Source of the DNA: Bacillales bacterium UBA4278
Lineage (GTDB): Bacteria; Bacillota_I; Bacilli_A; RFN20; CAG-826
Assembly (NCBI GenBank): GCA_002395065.1
Contig: DGVS01000001.1
Coordinates: 41,841-105,840, forward strand
Reading direction: 5' to 3'
Length of the DNA stretch: 64,000 nucleotides
This document shows positions 28,659-41,689 of the stretch, one piece after another (the first letter of the stretch is position 1; each line of letters opens with the position of its first letter). The position numbers and the translations under genes were made by a program. The notes beneath the pieces were generated by a model. It did not search any database, had not been told where the DNA came from, and was given only the letters and a program-made list of their open reading frames with translations.

Positions 28659-29904
28659 TTTTCTTCTTTAACCTTAAAACAGCATAATATAAAAATGAGT
28701 TGAGTTTTTTATCAGGAATAATTTGTTCATCCTTAACCAAAGCAAACGAAGGATGGGATTGTAAAAATGCTTCGACAACACCTTTTGTTTCTTTGTGGTT
28801 CAGGGTATTTACAATGTAAACCAAATCGCCACCATCACAAATAAATTCAGAACAATCGTGAAGAGCTTTCTTTTGATTTTCGACAAAGGCGTCAATAGAC
28901 GTATTGCGGAAACGAACAATGTAGTCAGGGTATTTATTAATCAATGCATATGAAGAAGATCTTGGGTAGCAATAGAAGAGTTCTGTTTTTCTTGATATGC
29001 CTGTCTTCATTGTTAAAACATCATTGGCTTTAAAAACATTTATGTTTTTCGCTTTTTGTAAACGTACAGAACGAACAAGTTTGGTTCTTTCTTCATATGT
29101 TGGACAAACAACATTGATTCCAAGGTTTTTATGACTTCGAGCAAGTTCTTCTAATGGCAAAGAATCATCTTCATCCGAATAAATGCAGACTTCTTGGATA
29201 AGAGCGTTTTGAATTTGGTCAACAATGCGTTTTAGATTTGGATCAATCTCAAAAAGCAATTCACCTTTGAGTTCTGGTCTTTGTTGAAGAACTTTTCGCG
29301 AAATTTCAACAACTTGTTCTAAGATTTCATTAGAAAGAACATCTTTGTTTTTATCCAAAACTTCTTTTGCGTATTCATTAAATGGATTAACTCGATAAGT
29401 TGTGTTTGATGGGCGTGAGAGATGATGAATCACTCGATATGTTTTTGATAAACCAATTTCTTTAACCCAAGCTTTTAGAAGCCATTTTGGTAAATTGAAG
29501 CGAATTGATAAAAAATCAAAGCTTTTTTGATTAATATTGACATAGTCAAACAAAGAAAATTCTGACGAAAGAAGCTCTTTAACATTAGGGAATTTTTCTT
29601 TGAAAAGATCTTCAATGAATTTGTTAATTTCACCGATGTTTAATGCTTTTAGATAATGATTGTTTGCTAAAACAAGATAAAGATATGTTCTTTCGTTAAG
29701 CGTTAACTCAATGTGTAATTTGTCTAAAACTTTTTTAAATAAGAAATGATGTCTAAGTTCACATCCGACAAGGCCGGAAACAACTTTTTTATATTGGGAA
29801 TACTCTTTTTTACAAAAACATTGGTCATTCAAAGAACGTTTGAAAGTCTTGTTCTCATAGAGAATGTCACTTAAAACGTTTTTAGAAACCAATAGTTCAG
29901 TCAT
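28645..29904 (-). CDS. RsmB/Sun-like protein with degenerate methyltransferase motifs
   Basis: NusB-like N-terminal domain, MTase-like C-terminal domain and syntenic position (upstream of rlmN). The SAM motif and both catalytic Cys motifs are not conserved (see findings). Confidence 0.6.
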   Translation of the reverse strand: MTELLVSKNVLSDILYENKTFKRSLNDQCFCKKEYSQYKKVVSGLVGCELRHHFLFKKVLDKLHIELTLNERTYLYLVLANNHYLKALNIGEINKFIEDLFKEKFPNVKELLSSEFSLFDYVNINQKSFDFLSIRFNLPKWLLKAWVKEIGLSKTYRVIHHLSRPSNTTYRVNPFNEYAKEVLDKNKDVLSNEILEQVVEISRKVLQQRPELKGELLFEIDPNLKRIVDQIQNALIQEVCIYSDEDDSLPLEELARSHKNLGINVVCPTYEERTKLVRSVRLQKAKNINVFKANDVLTMKTGISRKTELFYCYPRSSSYALINKYPDYIVRFRNTSIDAFVENQKKALHDCSEFICDGGDLVYIVNTLNHKETKGVVEAFLQSHPSFALVKDEQIIPDKKLNSFLYYAVLRLKKKNVED

Positions 29905-30395
29905 TAATGCTTGTGCTTACAGTCACAGTGTTCACCGTCGCAGTGGTGATGTGCTTCTTCGTACTTTTCCTCAAATCCTTCGAACATGTTGCCTTCGTAG
30001 ATTTCATCACCTTCTTGGTATTCTTCATCTTCGGCATTAACAACATTTTCTTCAGAAATGTAGCGTGGATATTCTTTGTTCACATATTCATAACGATGAT
30101 GTTTGTAATAATAAGAAAATTCAACAACCAAATGAATTGAAAACTCTTTTAGAGTTTGAATTAAATAATTAGCAACTTTATCTTCAAGTTTTTCACATTC
30201 TTCTGGAGCATTAACTTTAACAATTGTGTTCCAACTTGTTTGTTCAACTCCATTATGGAAGACATAAGCATTTGGAGAATAAAAAACTAGATCATCTTCA
30301 CCCACCTCTAAAAGGCTGGAAATGTTTGCACTGTGTTCTTTAGAATAACGTCCAACGACGTATTGGTCTAACCCATAAATTGAGATTGTAACCAT
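29904..30395 (-). CDS. small acidic protein (tentatively DUF1904-like) with a His/Cys-rich C-terminal tail
   Basis: N-terminus MVTISIYGLDQYVVGRYS.. and C-terminus ..EEAHHHCDGEHCDCKHKH. The family assignment is tentative. Confidence 0.45.
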   Translation of the reverse strand: MVTISIYGLDQYVVGRYSKEHSANISSLLEVGEDDLVFYSPNAYVFHNGVEQTSWNTIVKVNAPEECEKLEDKVANYLIQTLKEFSIHLVVEFSYYYKHHRYEYVNKEYPRYISEENVVNAEDEEYQEGDEIYEGNMFEGFEEKYEEAHHHCDGEHCDCKHKH

Positions 30396-30396
30396 G

Positions 30397-30975
30397 TTAT
30401 TCTCCTTTCATCGCATTAAGAATGATTTGACGAACTTCATCCACTGCTTTATCTAATTTGTCATTTACGACAACAAATTTATATTGGTCTTTAAAACCAA
30501 ATTCGTGAGTTGCTTTTGCAACCCTCGATTTAATTACTTCTTCTGTTTCTGTTCCTCTTCCACGAAGTCTATTTTCAAGTTCTTCTAAAGAAGGAGGAGC
30601 AATAAAAATTGATATAACACCAGCATCATGGACTTTTTTCAAGACTTGAGCTGTACCATTAACTTCAATTTCGAGCATGACGTTTTTACCTTCGTTACGC
30701 ATTTGTTCTACTTTATCTCGAGGAGTTCCATAACGATTGCCGACAAACTCCGCCCATTCTAAGAGATTATCATTAGCGATATTTTGATCGAATTCTTCAC
30801 GACTTACAAAGTAATACTCTCTTCCATTAACTTCGCCAGGACGCATCCCGCGTGTGGTCATTGAAACAGAATAATGAAGATTTAAGTCATCTTTCTTCAT
30901 CAATTCTTCGCGAATTGTACCTTTGCCGACACCACTTGGGCCGGACATAATAATTAATAAACCACGTTTTTTCAT
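30397..30975 (-). CDS. gmk: guanylate kinase
   Basis: GPSGVGKGT P-loop and the TTR..R..E..G.EYYF motif. Start MKKRGLL at 30975 (the ORF track over-extends by 26 codons through the promoter). Confidence 0.9.
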   Translation of the reverse strand: MKKRGLLIIMSGPSGVGKGTIREELMKKDDLNLHYSVSMTTRGMRPGEVNGREYYFVSREEFDQNIANDNLLEWAEFVGNRYGTPRDKVEQMRNEGKNVMLEIEVNGTAQVLKKVHDAGVISIFIAPPSLEELENRLRGRGTETEEVIKSRVAKATHEFGFKDQYKFVVVNDKLDKAVDEVRQIILNAMKGE

Positions 30976-31011
30976 GTGTTTAATTATATTAAAGTCAAGA
31001 TTACATTTCAA
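30976..31011 (-). promoter_or_regulatory. gmk operon promoter, leaderless geometry
   Basis: On the minus strand: TTGAAA (31011..31006), 17-nt spacer, TATAAT (30988..30983), then taaacac (7 nt), then ATG at 30975. Confidence 0.6.
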
Positions 31012-31038
31012 TATATCTTCCTTTATAATAAGAAAGAT

Positions 31039-32400
31039 ATGCGATTCACTCATTCTTCAATCGAAAAATATCTAAAAGAAAATGAACACTTATTCTTAGG
31101 AAAAGCGTTCTTTTCTCCTGTGGTTTTAAGCAAAGATACATTGCTCTTTTTTGGTGCTGAAAAGAATCGTCAGTTTATCGCATTTGACTTATCAACAAAA
31201 AACCCCTGTTTCTATACAAATAAAACCGAAAAATTTTTTGAATCATTAAATTCAGTTTTTGCATCGCAACTAAGAGCAATCTCTAATGAATTTATGATTG
31301 TTTACTATGAATTCAAAAAAGATGATTTTGTTCTTATGCTGCATATGGCCACATCAAACAATCCGGAAGAAGATTTATATTTCTATTTTGAGATTTTTCC
31401 GAACCATCCAAACCTAATAGTCACAGACATTCACAATAAGATCATTGCTTCATTCTACCACAGCAAAAAAGGTGAACCAGAAAATGGATCGAAATACGTT
31501 CTTCCAAAAAATGAAAAACTCTTTGATGGGGAGATCGTTTTTGACCAGGATTTTGCGGTTAAATCTTTCGAAAATTCTATCCAAAAAAGAAGATTAGAAA
31601 AGTACCAAGATTTTATCTCTAATTTACAAGGGAAAATCAAAAAATGTCGAACCAAAATTCTTCACATTGAAGAAGATAAAAAGAATGCTGAATTGCAACA
31701 AAATTACCAGCAAATTGCGGATAATTTACTAATTTCTGGTATCAATTTAAAACAAAGATTAACATCAGTACAAATAGACGGAAAATCAATTCAACTAGAC
31801 GGGTCAAAAACCATCAGTGAAAACATTCAAATTTTCTACAAAAAAGTTAAGAAAGCTAAAGAGACAATTCGCCTTGTCGAAACTAACCTCGAAAGAGCCA
31901 AAAATGAAATCGAATTGTATGAATCGATTTTACAGCAGCTTTACGATGCTCCAAACGAAAAAGAGGCTGATAAAATTGTAGCTTCATATTCTTTTAAAAA
32001 GAAAAGAGAAATCGCCGTTACTGAATTCAATAAGCCTTGGAGAATTAACTATCAAGGTGTCTACTTTTACTTCGGAAAAAATTCTTCCCAAAACGACTAT
32101 TTAAGTTTTGTTATGAAGCAGGACCGGCAATTCACATGGGTTCACATTAAGGAACGTTCTGGCTCTCACATTGTTATCGCCTCAATTAAACCAACCGACG
32201 ACCAATTACTCTTTGCTTGTGAGCTCGCTTTATATCTTTCAAATATGAAAACCGGCGAAGTTCAATATACCAGAAAGAAAAACATTCGCCGAGGTCATTC
32301 CTTGGGTGAAGCAATCGTTAAGAATTACTCTTCAATCAAGATTAATAACATCCGCGAACATTCAATAGAATTGTTCAAAACAGCTACACGCTGTAATTAA
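31039..32400 (+). CDS. NFACT-family protein (short RqcH/FbpA-like) with a C-terminal NFACT-R/DUF814 domain
   Basis: Coiled-coil middle region and C-terminus ..FTWVHIKERSGSHIVI... Start MRFTHSS at 31039 (TATAAT at 31024-29). Confidence 0.65.
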   Translation: MRFTHSSIEKYLKENEHLFLGKAFFSPVVLSKDTLLFFGAEKNRQFIAFDLSTKNPCFYTNKTEKFFESLNSVFASQLRAISNEFMIVYYEFKKDDFVLMLHMATSNNPEEDLYFYFEIFPNHPNLIVTDIHNKIIASFYHSKKGEPENGSKYVLPKNEKLFDGEIVFDQDFAVKSFENSIQKRRLEKYQDFISNLQGKIKKCRTKILHIEEDKKNAELQQNYQQIADNLLISGINLKQRLTSVQIDGKSIQLDGSKTISENIQIFYKKVKKAKETIRLVETNLERAKNEIELYESILQQLYDAPNEKEADKIVASYSFKKKREIAVTEFNKPWRINYQGVYFYFGKNSSQNDYLSFVMKQDRQFTWVHIKERSGSHIVIASIKPTDDQLLFACELALYLSNMKTGEVQYTRKKNIRRGHSLGEAIVKNYSSIKINNIREHSIELFKTATRCN

Positions 32401-32897
32401 ATTCGATATTTATGAATCATGTCAAAACTGGCTAGGCCAGGAAATTTTTGTTGTTTTAAAACCTCATAGACAACAATTGCTACGGCGTTTGATAAGTTTA
32501 AACTACGTGCTGTTGATAGCATTGGGATTCTTAAAGTATCGTCTTTGTGTTCGCTGAGAATGGTTTTATCAATTCCTGTTGATTCTCGACCAAACATCAC
32601 ATAAACATCTTCGGTTGGATTTGTGAATTTTTCTTCACAATATAGGTGCGTTCCATATTTGGTCACATAATAAATTTTTTGATCTTTAAATTTGTTATTA
32701 AATTCTTCATAAGAAGAATAGTATGTGTATTTTGCATCTTTTAAATAATCCATCCCGGCTCTTTTTAAAGACTTATCAGATAGTTCAAAAGGAAGCGGTC
32801 CGATAATATGAACCATTGAGTTTGTTGCCATAGCGGTTCTTAAAATGTTGCCTGTATTTTGTGGAATCTCTGGATGATAAAGAATAATATGAACCAT
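32397..32897 (-). CDS. trmL: SpoU-type tRNA (cytidine/uridine-2'-O)-methyltransferase TrmL
   Basis: IILYHPEIPQNTGNILRT..HIIGPLPF..KRAGMDY.., 166 aa. Confidence 0.8.
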   Translation of the reverse strand: MVHIILYHPEIPQNTGNILRTAMATNSMVHIIGPLPFELSDKSLKRAGMDYLKDAKYTYYSSYEEFNNKFKDQKIYYVTKYGTHLYCEEKFTNPTEDVYVMFGRESTGIDKTILSEHKDDTLRIPMLSTARSLNLSNAVAIVVYEVLKQQKFPGLASFDMIHKYRI

Positions 32898-32928
32898 ATT
32901 AAATATGTTAATATATTAAAGATTGAAA

Positions 32929-33594
32929 ATGAAGAAACGTTCTCTTGTTAGTTTAATCATTCCACTTTGTGCTCTTTCAGGGTGCTCTTATAATGGTGAT
33001 GCAAAACCACTTATGGATGGAGATCTCTTATTAAAAGAAAGTTTTGTTGTACGTGATGATTCATTTACTACGATTGATTCCCACATCAAAGCAAAAGACA
33101 CGTTCTGTTTATATATCTCTTTAGAAGGATGCGATTCCTGTGCCCTTTTTGAAAACGGACTAAAAAAAGTTGCCGAAGAGAATAAGGTCTTAACATTTCA
33201 CATGGAAACTCCGCAAAAGAAAGATGATATCGTCTCTCTTACCACTGCTTATCCAGCTTTTGATATCCAATACTTCCCATCATTCTTTATTGTGCAAGGA
33301 ACAAACATTGAAAAAATTCCTTACGAACAAGTCAATTCTGAAAGTCGATTAAGAAATACTCTCAAAAGAAAAATAACATTAACAAATAATTATTATTTTG
33401 AATCAGAGACAGTTGATTATGTTTCTGCATTAAACAAGGCAAATTTAAACGAAGCAACACTTATCCAACTAGACTTTTCAAATGGTGATCAAGTAGCCAA
33501 ATATCAAACTGTTAAAAACGAAAATGATGGACCACTATTCATCCATCAAAAACCTGGATTATCTAATATTCAAATTTCCAAAGTTACAAAATAA
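32929..33594 (+). CDS. lipoprotein with thioredoxin-like CxxC (CDSC) region
   Basis: MKKRSLVSLIIPLCALSGC lipobox, then ..YISLEGCDSCALFE.. and later YFPSFFIV (a cis-Pro-like segment). Confidence 0.55.
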   Translation: MKKRSLVSLIIPLCALSGCSYNGDAKPLMDGDLLLKESFVVRDDSFTTIDSHIKAKDTFCLYISLEGCDSCALFENGLKKVAEENKVLTFHMETPQKKDDIVSLTTAYPAFDIQYFPSFFIVQGTNIEKIPYEQVNSESRLRNTLKRKITLTNNYYFESETVDYVSALNKANLNEATLIQLDFSNGDQVAKYQTVKNENDGPLFIHQKPGLSNIQISKVTK

Positions 33595-33617
33595 AAAGGC
33601 CTTCAATTCTCTGTGAT

Positions 33618-33642
33618 TTAACCAAGAATTGCTGGTCTTTTT
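33618..33642 (+). repeat. copy 3 of the repeat (intergenic, between the lipoprotein gene and atpC)
   Basis: ttaaccaagaattgctggt-cttttt. Confidence 0.8.
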
Positions 33643-33647
33643 CAATT

Positions 33648-34042
33648 TTATTGATTTACTGTATTGATTCGTGACAGTGCTCGATATAAAGCTAATTGAG
33701 CACGCTTAATATCAATACCATTATCTTTATTTTTGAGTCGTCCTTCGGCACGTTCTTTAGCTCGTTTAGCACGTTCGATATCAATCTCATCTTTTCGTTC
33801 AATAGCATTGACCATTAAGATAACTTTTTCATTGGTCACATTGATTGCACCGCCATGAAGAGCGTAGTGAATTGTTTGACCATCTTTTACAATATGCATT
33901 GGAGCATAAGCAATCGCACCAATTAGTGGAACGTGTTTTGCAAGAATTGTGCGATATCCACTAGAAAGTTTGATTGTTAAAGATTCCACCTCTTCATCAA
34001 GGTAGCATCCTCGTGGCGAAACAATTACTAAACGAAATTTCA

Positions 34043-34043
<1 letters not shown>
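33648..34043 (-). CDS. atpC: ATP synthase F1 epsilon subunit
   Basis: 131 aa, last gene of the atp operon, with a beta-sandwich plus helical hairpin pattern. Confidence 0.9.
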
Positions 34044-38336
<4,293 letters not shown>

Positions 38337-38337
<1 letters not shown>

Positions 38338-38879
38338 TATTCTTTCTTCTTCAAATCTTCAATAAATTGATCGATTAGTTTTTCATTGTCTTCATCTTTT
38401 ACTTCCCTAGACAACACTTTCTTGGATGCATCAAATGCCACATCCACGATTTGGGAATGAATTTCATCTTTGCTCTTTTCGATTTCTTGTTCGATTTCAG
38501 CTTTGGCACGTTTGACTTCTTGGTCGGCATCTTCTTTAGCCTGCTTTCTAATTCGCGCTCTTTCTTTTTCAGCATCAGCCTTAGCCTGCTCAACAATGCC
38601 TAAAGCTTCTTGATGACTCTTTTTAATCTCAAGATTAGCTTCTTCGACTTTAGCTAATGCATCTTTCTCGCTTTGTTCAGCGTGGCGGAGTTTACCATCC
38701 ACATAATCAGCGCGTTTCTGAATCAGTCTTTTGACTGGTTTATAGGCAAAATAGAAAACAACAATTAGTAGAACGACGAATGCTAAAAAAACCGCTAAAG
38801 CATCCCAAGGATTTGGGAACAACTTATCAATAAAGCTTTCTTTAGTGATTGCTTCGTCTAGAACGACAAGGTTTTTCAT
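38337..38879 (-). CDS. atpF: ATP synthase Fo b subunit
   Basis: Single N-terminal TM helix plus a long charged helix. Confidence 0.85.
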
Positions 38880-38904
38880 AAGTGCCTCCTTTCTTTAAAT
38901 CGAA

Positions 38905-39129
38905 TTAGAAAACGAAAAGTAACAAGATAGAAATAAGTAGGGCATAGATACCGCAAGTTTCAACAAGGGCACAGCCGATAATCATTGAGGAACGTAGTTT
39001 TCCATACATTTCTGGATTACGAGACATTCCTTCGATTGCTTTTGAGCAGAGCATACCTTCACCAATACTTGATGCACCAGCGCTAAGAATAGCAATGCCA
39101 GCAGCTAAAGCAATTAATGGATCTTTCAT
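38905..39129 (-). CDS. atpE: ATP synthase Fo c subunit
   Basis: 74-aa hairpin with carboxylate-site sequence ..GCALVETCGIYAL. Confidence 0.9.
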   Translation of the reverse strand: MKDPLIALAAGIAILSAGASSIGEGMLCSKAIEGMSRNPEMYGKLRSSMIIGCALVETCGIYALLISILLLFVF

Positions 39130-39887
39130 GCTTTCATCTCCTTTCTAGTAGCTAAAGCTACTTCTTGTTCAACTTCTTCTGGACGTTCTTGAGCAACAAA
39201 TAGACACGTCAAGAAGACAAAAACCATGCTCTGGATAAATCCAGAGACAAGGTCAAAGTAAGCGTGGAAAACCGGTGTAATAATCGGACTAATAAAGATT
39301 GTATTTAGACCGGTTGGAGCAAACGAGAAAATCGCTGCCGAAATATTTCCAAGCAAACTATTAATCAAAGAAATCAAAACCCATCCAACAATCGCATTAC
39401 CAAACATACGAAGAGTCATCGAAATAAGTGGCGCCCACATCGATAACAAGTTGATTGGAGCAAAGATTGGAATTGGGTCAATATAGCGTTTAAAATAGCG
39501 CCATTTCGTATAACGAATAGATGTGTAGTGAATTAAAATAAATGTCACTAAAGCTAGTGATAAAGGCACGGCTAAATTAGCCATCGGAGTTGGTAAACCG
39601 GTAATACCTATCGTAAACGATAGGAAAAGGAATGGGATGATACCTAAAAGAATCCCACCAAAGTTTTCAAAACCCGGACCCATCGTGTCCTTTGTAAAGG
39701 CATCAAGCTTCTCAACAGCCCATTCCGCAAGAAGGAGTAAACCTTTTGGTTTCTTCTTGAAATCGGCTTTTTTAGCAAGAATACCAATGATAATTGCAAA
39801 GACAATTAAAACACCAATCAAGATGAGAGCCATAATGATCTCACCGGTTGGATTAAATGTTTTAAAAGACTCAGAATTATAAGGCAT
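39126..39887 (-). CDS. atpB: ATP synthase Fo a subunit
   Basis: Polytopic, with the conserved Arg region ..MTLRMFGNAI... Confidence 0.9.
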   Translation of the reverse strand: MPYNSESFKTFNPTGEIIMALILIGVLIVFAIIIGILAKKADFKKKPKGLLLLAEWAVEKLDAFTKDTMGPGFENFGGILLGIIPFLFLSFTIGITGLPTPMANLAVPLSLALVTFILIHYTSIRYTKWRYFKRYIDPIPIFAPINLLSMWAPLISMTLRMFGNAIVGWVLISLINSLLGNISAAIFSFAPTGLNTIFISPIITPVFHAYFDLVSGFIQSMVFVFLTCLFVAQERPEEVEQEVALATRKEMKA

Positions 39888-40309
39888 TATTTGAGCTCAC
39901 CAATGTTCATTAGATTTTTACCTTCCTTAGACATGACAATACAAACAATAATCACTGTTGGAAGATACGCAATTAAAAGTCCAAAGACTGAATAGGCAAA
40001 AGCAGATAGATGAAGTTTAAAATCAAGGAATGCTAACAAAACAGTAAAGCCAACATAAAGAAGCATTCTTAGAAAATAAAAAAGAAGAAAAAGCGATGCT
40101 TTTGAAGCATTTAAAACAAAGCTACTTCCCTTGAACAAAAGCACAACGTTTACAAGTGAGATAAGAGTTCCAATAGAAACACCAATCAGCCAACCAAACT
40201 GACCGAAAATAATGCCAATGCATGATAAAATCATTAAGATTAAGCCGAGTGCTAATGTAGAAATGACCAGTCGCGCTAACTGGCTTTTGTTCGATAAGAA
40301 CTTTTTCAT
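39887..40309 (-). CDS. atpI: ATP synthase protein I-like small membrane protein
   Basis: Four hydrophobic segments, first gene of the operon. Start MKKFLS at 40309 rather than ORF-track TTG 40330 (see promoter). Confidence 0.6.
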   Translation of the reverse strand: MKKFLSNKSQLARLVISTLALGLILMILSCIGIIFGQFGWLIGVSIGTLISLVNVVLLFKGSSFVLNASKASLFLLFYFLRMLLYVGFTVLLAFLDFKLHLSAFAYSVFGLLIAYLPTVIIVCIVMSKEGKNLMNIGELK

Positions 40310-40344
40310 ACGCATATAATACGAACGCAAAAAGAAAAAGTCAA
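40310..40344 (-). promoter_or_regulatory. atp operon promoter, leaderless geometry
   Basis: On the minus strand: TTGACT (40344..40339), 17-nt spacer, TATTAT (40321..40316), then atgcgt (6 nt), then ATG at 40309. Confidence 0.6.
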
Positions 40345-40362
40345 TCCTATGGACTGACTTTT
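40331..40362 (-). terminator. terminator after the phosphofructokinase gene
   Basis: Hairpin 40339-47 / 40451-59 is not the case; arms are 40339-40347 and 40351-40359 (8 bp, 1 mismatch) followed on the minus strand by a U-rich run. Its stem contains the atp -35 box. Confidence 0.5.
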
Positions 40363-40375
40363 TTGTGTATTTTAA

Positions 40376-41581
40376 TTATTTCACAAGCACACGTTTAAGG
40401 ACGCATGATTTAATGATTCCGTTTTCCATTTGAACTGGAATCTCACCTTGAATAAGAGGTAAGCAGTATTCACGGAATGATGGAGCCATTTTAGAATCAT
40501 CAACCATCATTGATGTTGGAACTTTTTGTTCCACGTTAGCGATTAAAGAGATATCAACTGGTTCATAACTTACTTTGTAAGGTTTGTTAGAAACTCTCTT
40601 AATCGCAATCATGTGTCCAGTCATGCCTCCAAGGGCTTTTTGGACAGCGATTGTCCCACACATTACTGCTTCATCAGAGTCAACTTTACTTGTTAAGAAT
40701 GAATAAGCGCGTTGTGGTAAAGAGAGTTCAATGGCACGAATTGGGTAACCAAGTTTGTTTTCAACAATCTTGGCTAAATCAGCTCCAGCACCACCAAGTT
40801 GCATGTGTCCAAAAGAGTCAATACGCGCATTCGATGTGTCTCTTTCGAAGGTTATTCCTTCAGAGATACAGACAATCGCGTTGCCTTTCTTCTTGTAAAG
40901 AGCATCCACTTTCTTTAAGAAACCTTCCATATCGAATTTGTTTTCTGGAAGATAAATTAAATCTGGACGAGCTTCTTCAGGAAGAAGGTCCACAGCAGCT
41001 GTTAACCAGCCAGCGTTACGTCCCATTACTTCAATAATATAGACTTTACCTTTCGCATAGCAAACGGCGTCAAGAATGATTTCTTTGACGGTGTTAACAA
41101 CGTATTTTGCAGCACTACCAAAACCAAGCGAATGATCGGTAATTGCCAGGTCGTTATCAACAGTTTTTGGAACGCCCATAACCTTGATATCTAAGCCTTT
41201 CTCTTTACAAAGTAAAGAAAGTTTATAACAAGTATCCATGGAGTCGTTTCCACCATTAACGAAAACGTAACCAATATTATGCTTTTGACAGGTCTCTAAA
41301 ATTTTGGAATATTCTTCATCATGGAAGTCTTTTGGAAGTTTGTGACGAGAAGTGCCAAGAATTGATCCTGGAGTTTGTTTTAAGAGTTCAATTTGTTCTG
41401 GATCTTCTTTACCAAAATCAATAATTCGATCGTTCAGAAGTCCTTCAATTCCGTTAAGTGAACCATAAATATGGGAAATTTCAGGATGCTTTTGAGCTTC
41501 CTTAATTGCACCATATAAAGAAGTGTTAATAACACTTGTTGGACCACCGGATTGAATGTAAACCATTGCTTTAGAATTCAT
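40376..41581 (-). CDS. pfp: 6-phosphofructokinase with pyrophosphate-type signature residues
   Basis: GGNDS (Asp at the position equivalent to E. coli Gly104) and PKTVDND (Lys at the Gly124 position). 401 aa, SD AAGGAG. Confidence 0.8.
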   Translation of the reverse strand: MNSKAMVYIQSGGPTSVINTSLYGAIKEAQKHPEISHIYGSLNGIEGLLNDRIIDFGKEDPEQIELLKQTPGSILGTSRHKLPKDFHDEEYSKILETCQKHNIGYVFVNGGNDSMDTCYKLSLLCKEKGLDIKVMGVPKTVDNDLAITDHSLGFGSAAKYVVNTVKEIILDAVCYAKGKVYIIEVMGRNAGWLTAAVDLLPEEARPDLIYLPENKFDMEGFLKKVDALYKKKGNAIVCISEGITFERDTSNARIDSFGHMQLGGAGADLAKIVENKLGYPIRAIELSLPQRAYSFLTSKVDSDEAVMCGTIAVQKALGGMTGHMIAIKRVSNKPYKVSYEPVDISLIANVEQKVPTSMMVDDSKMAPSFREYCLPLIQGEIPVQMENGIIKSCVLKRVLVK

Positions 41582-41675
41582 CTAATCAGTCTCCTTTTTA
41601 TTAAATTTAACAAATACGCTATAATTTTATTTAAATTATATAATCTCGTAAAGAGAAAATATTAAAACATGCGTA

Positions 41676-41689
41676 TGTAAGCGCTTGAA
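41676..41689. promoter_or_regulatory. cre-like (CcpA operator-like) site
   Basis: TGTAAGCGCTTGAA differs from cre TGWAANCGNTNWCA at one position (penultimate A instead of C). It overlaps the -35 of the downstream + strand gene. Confidence 0.4.
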
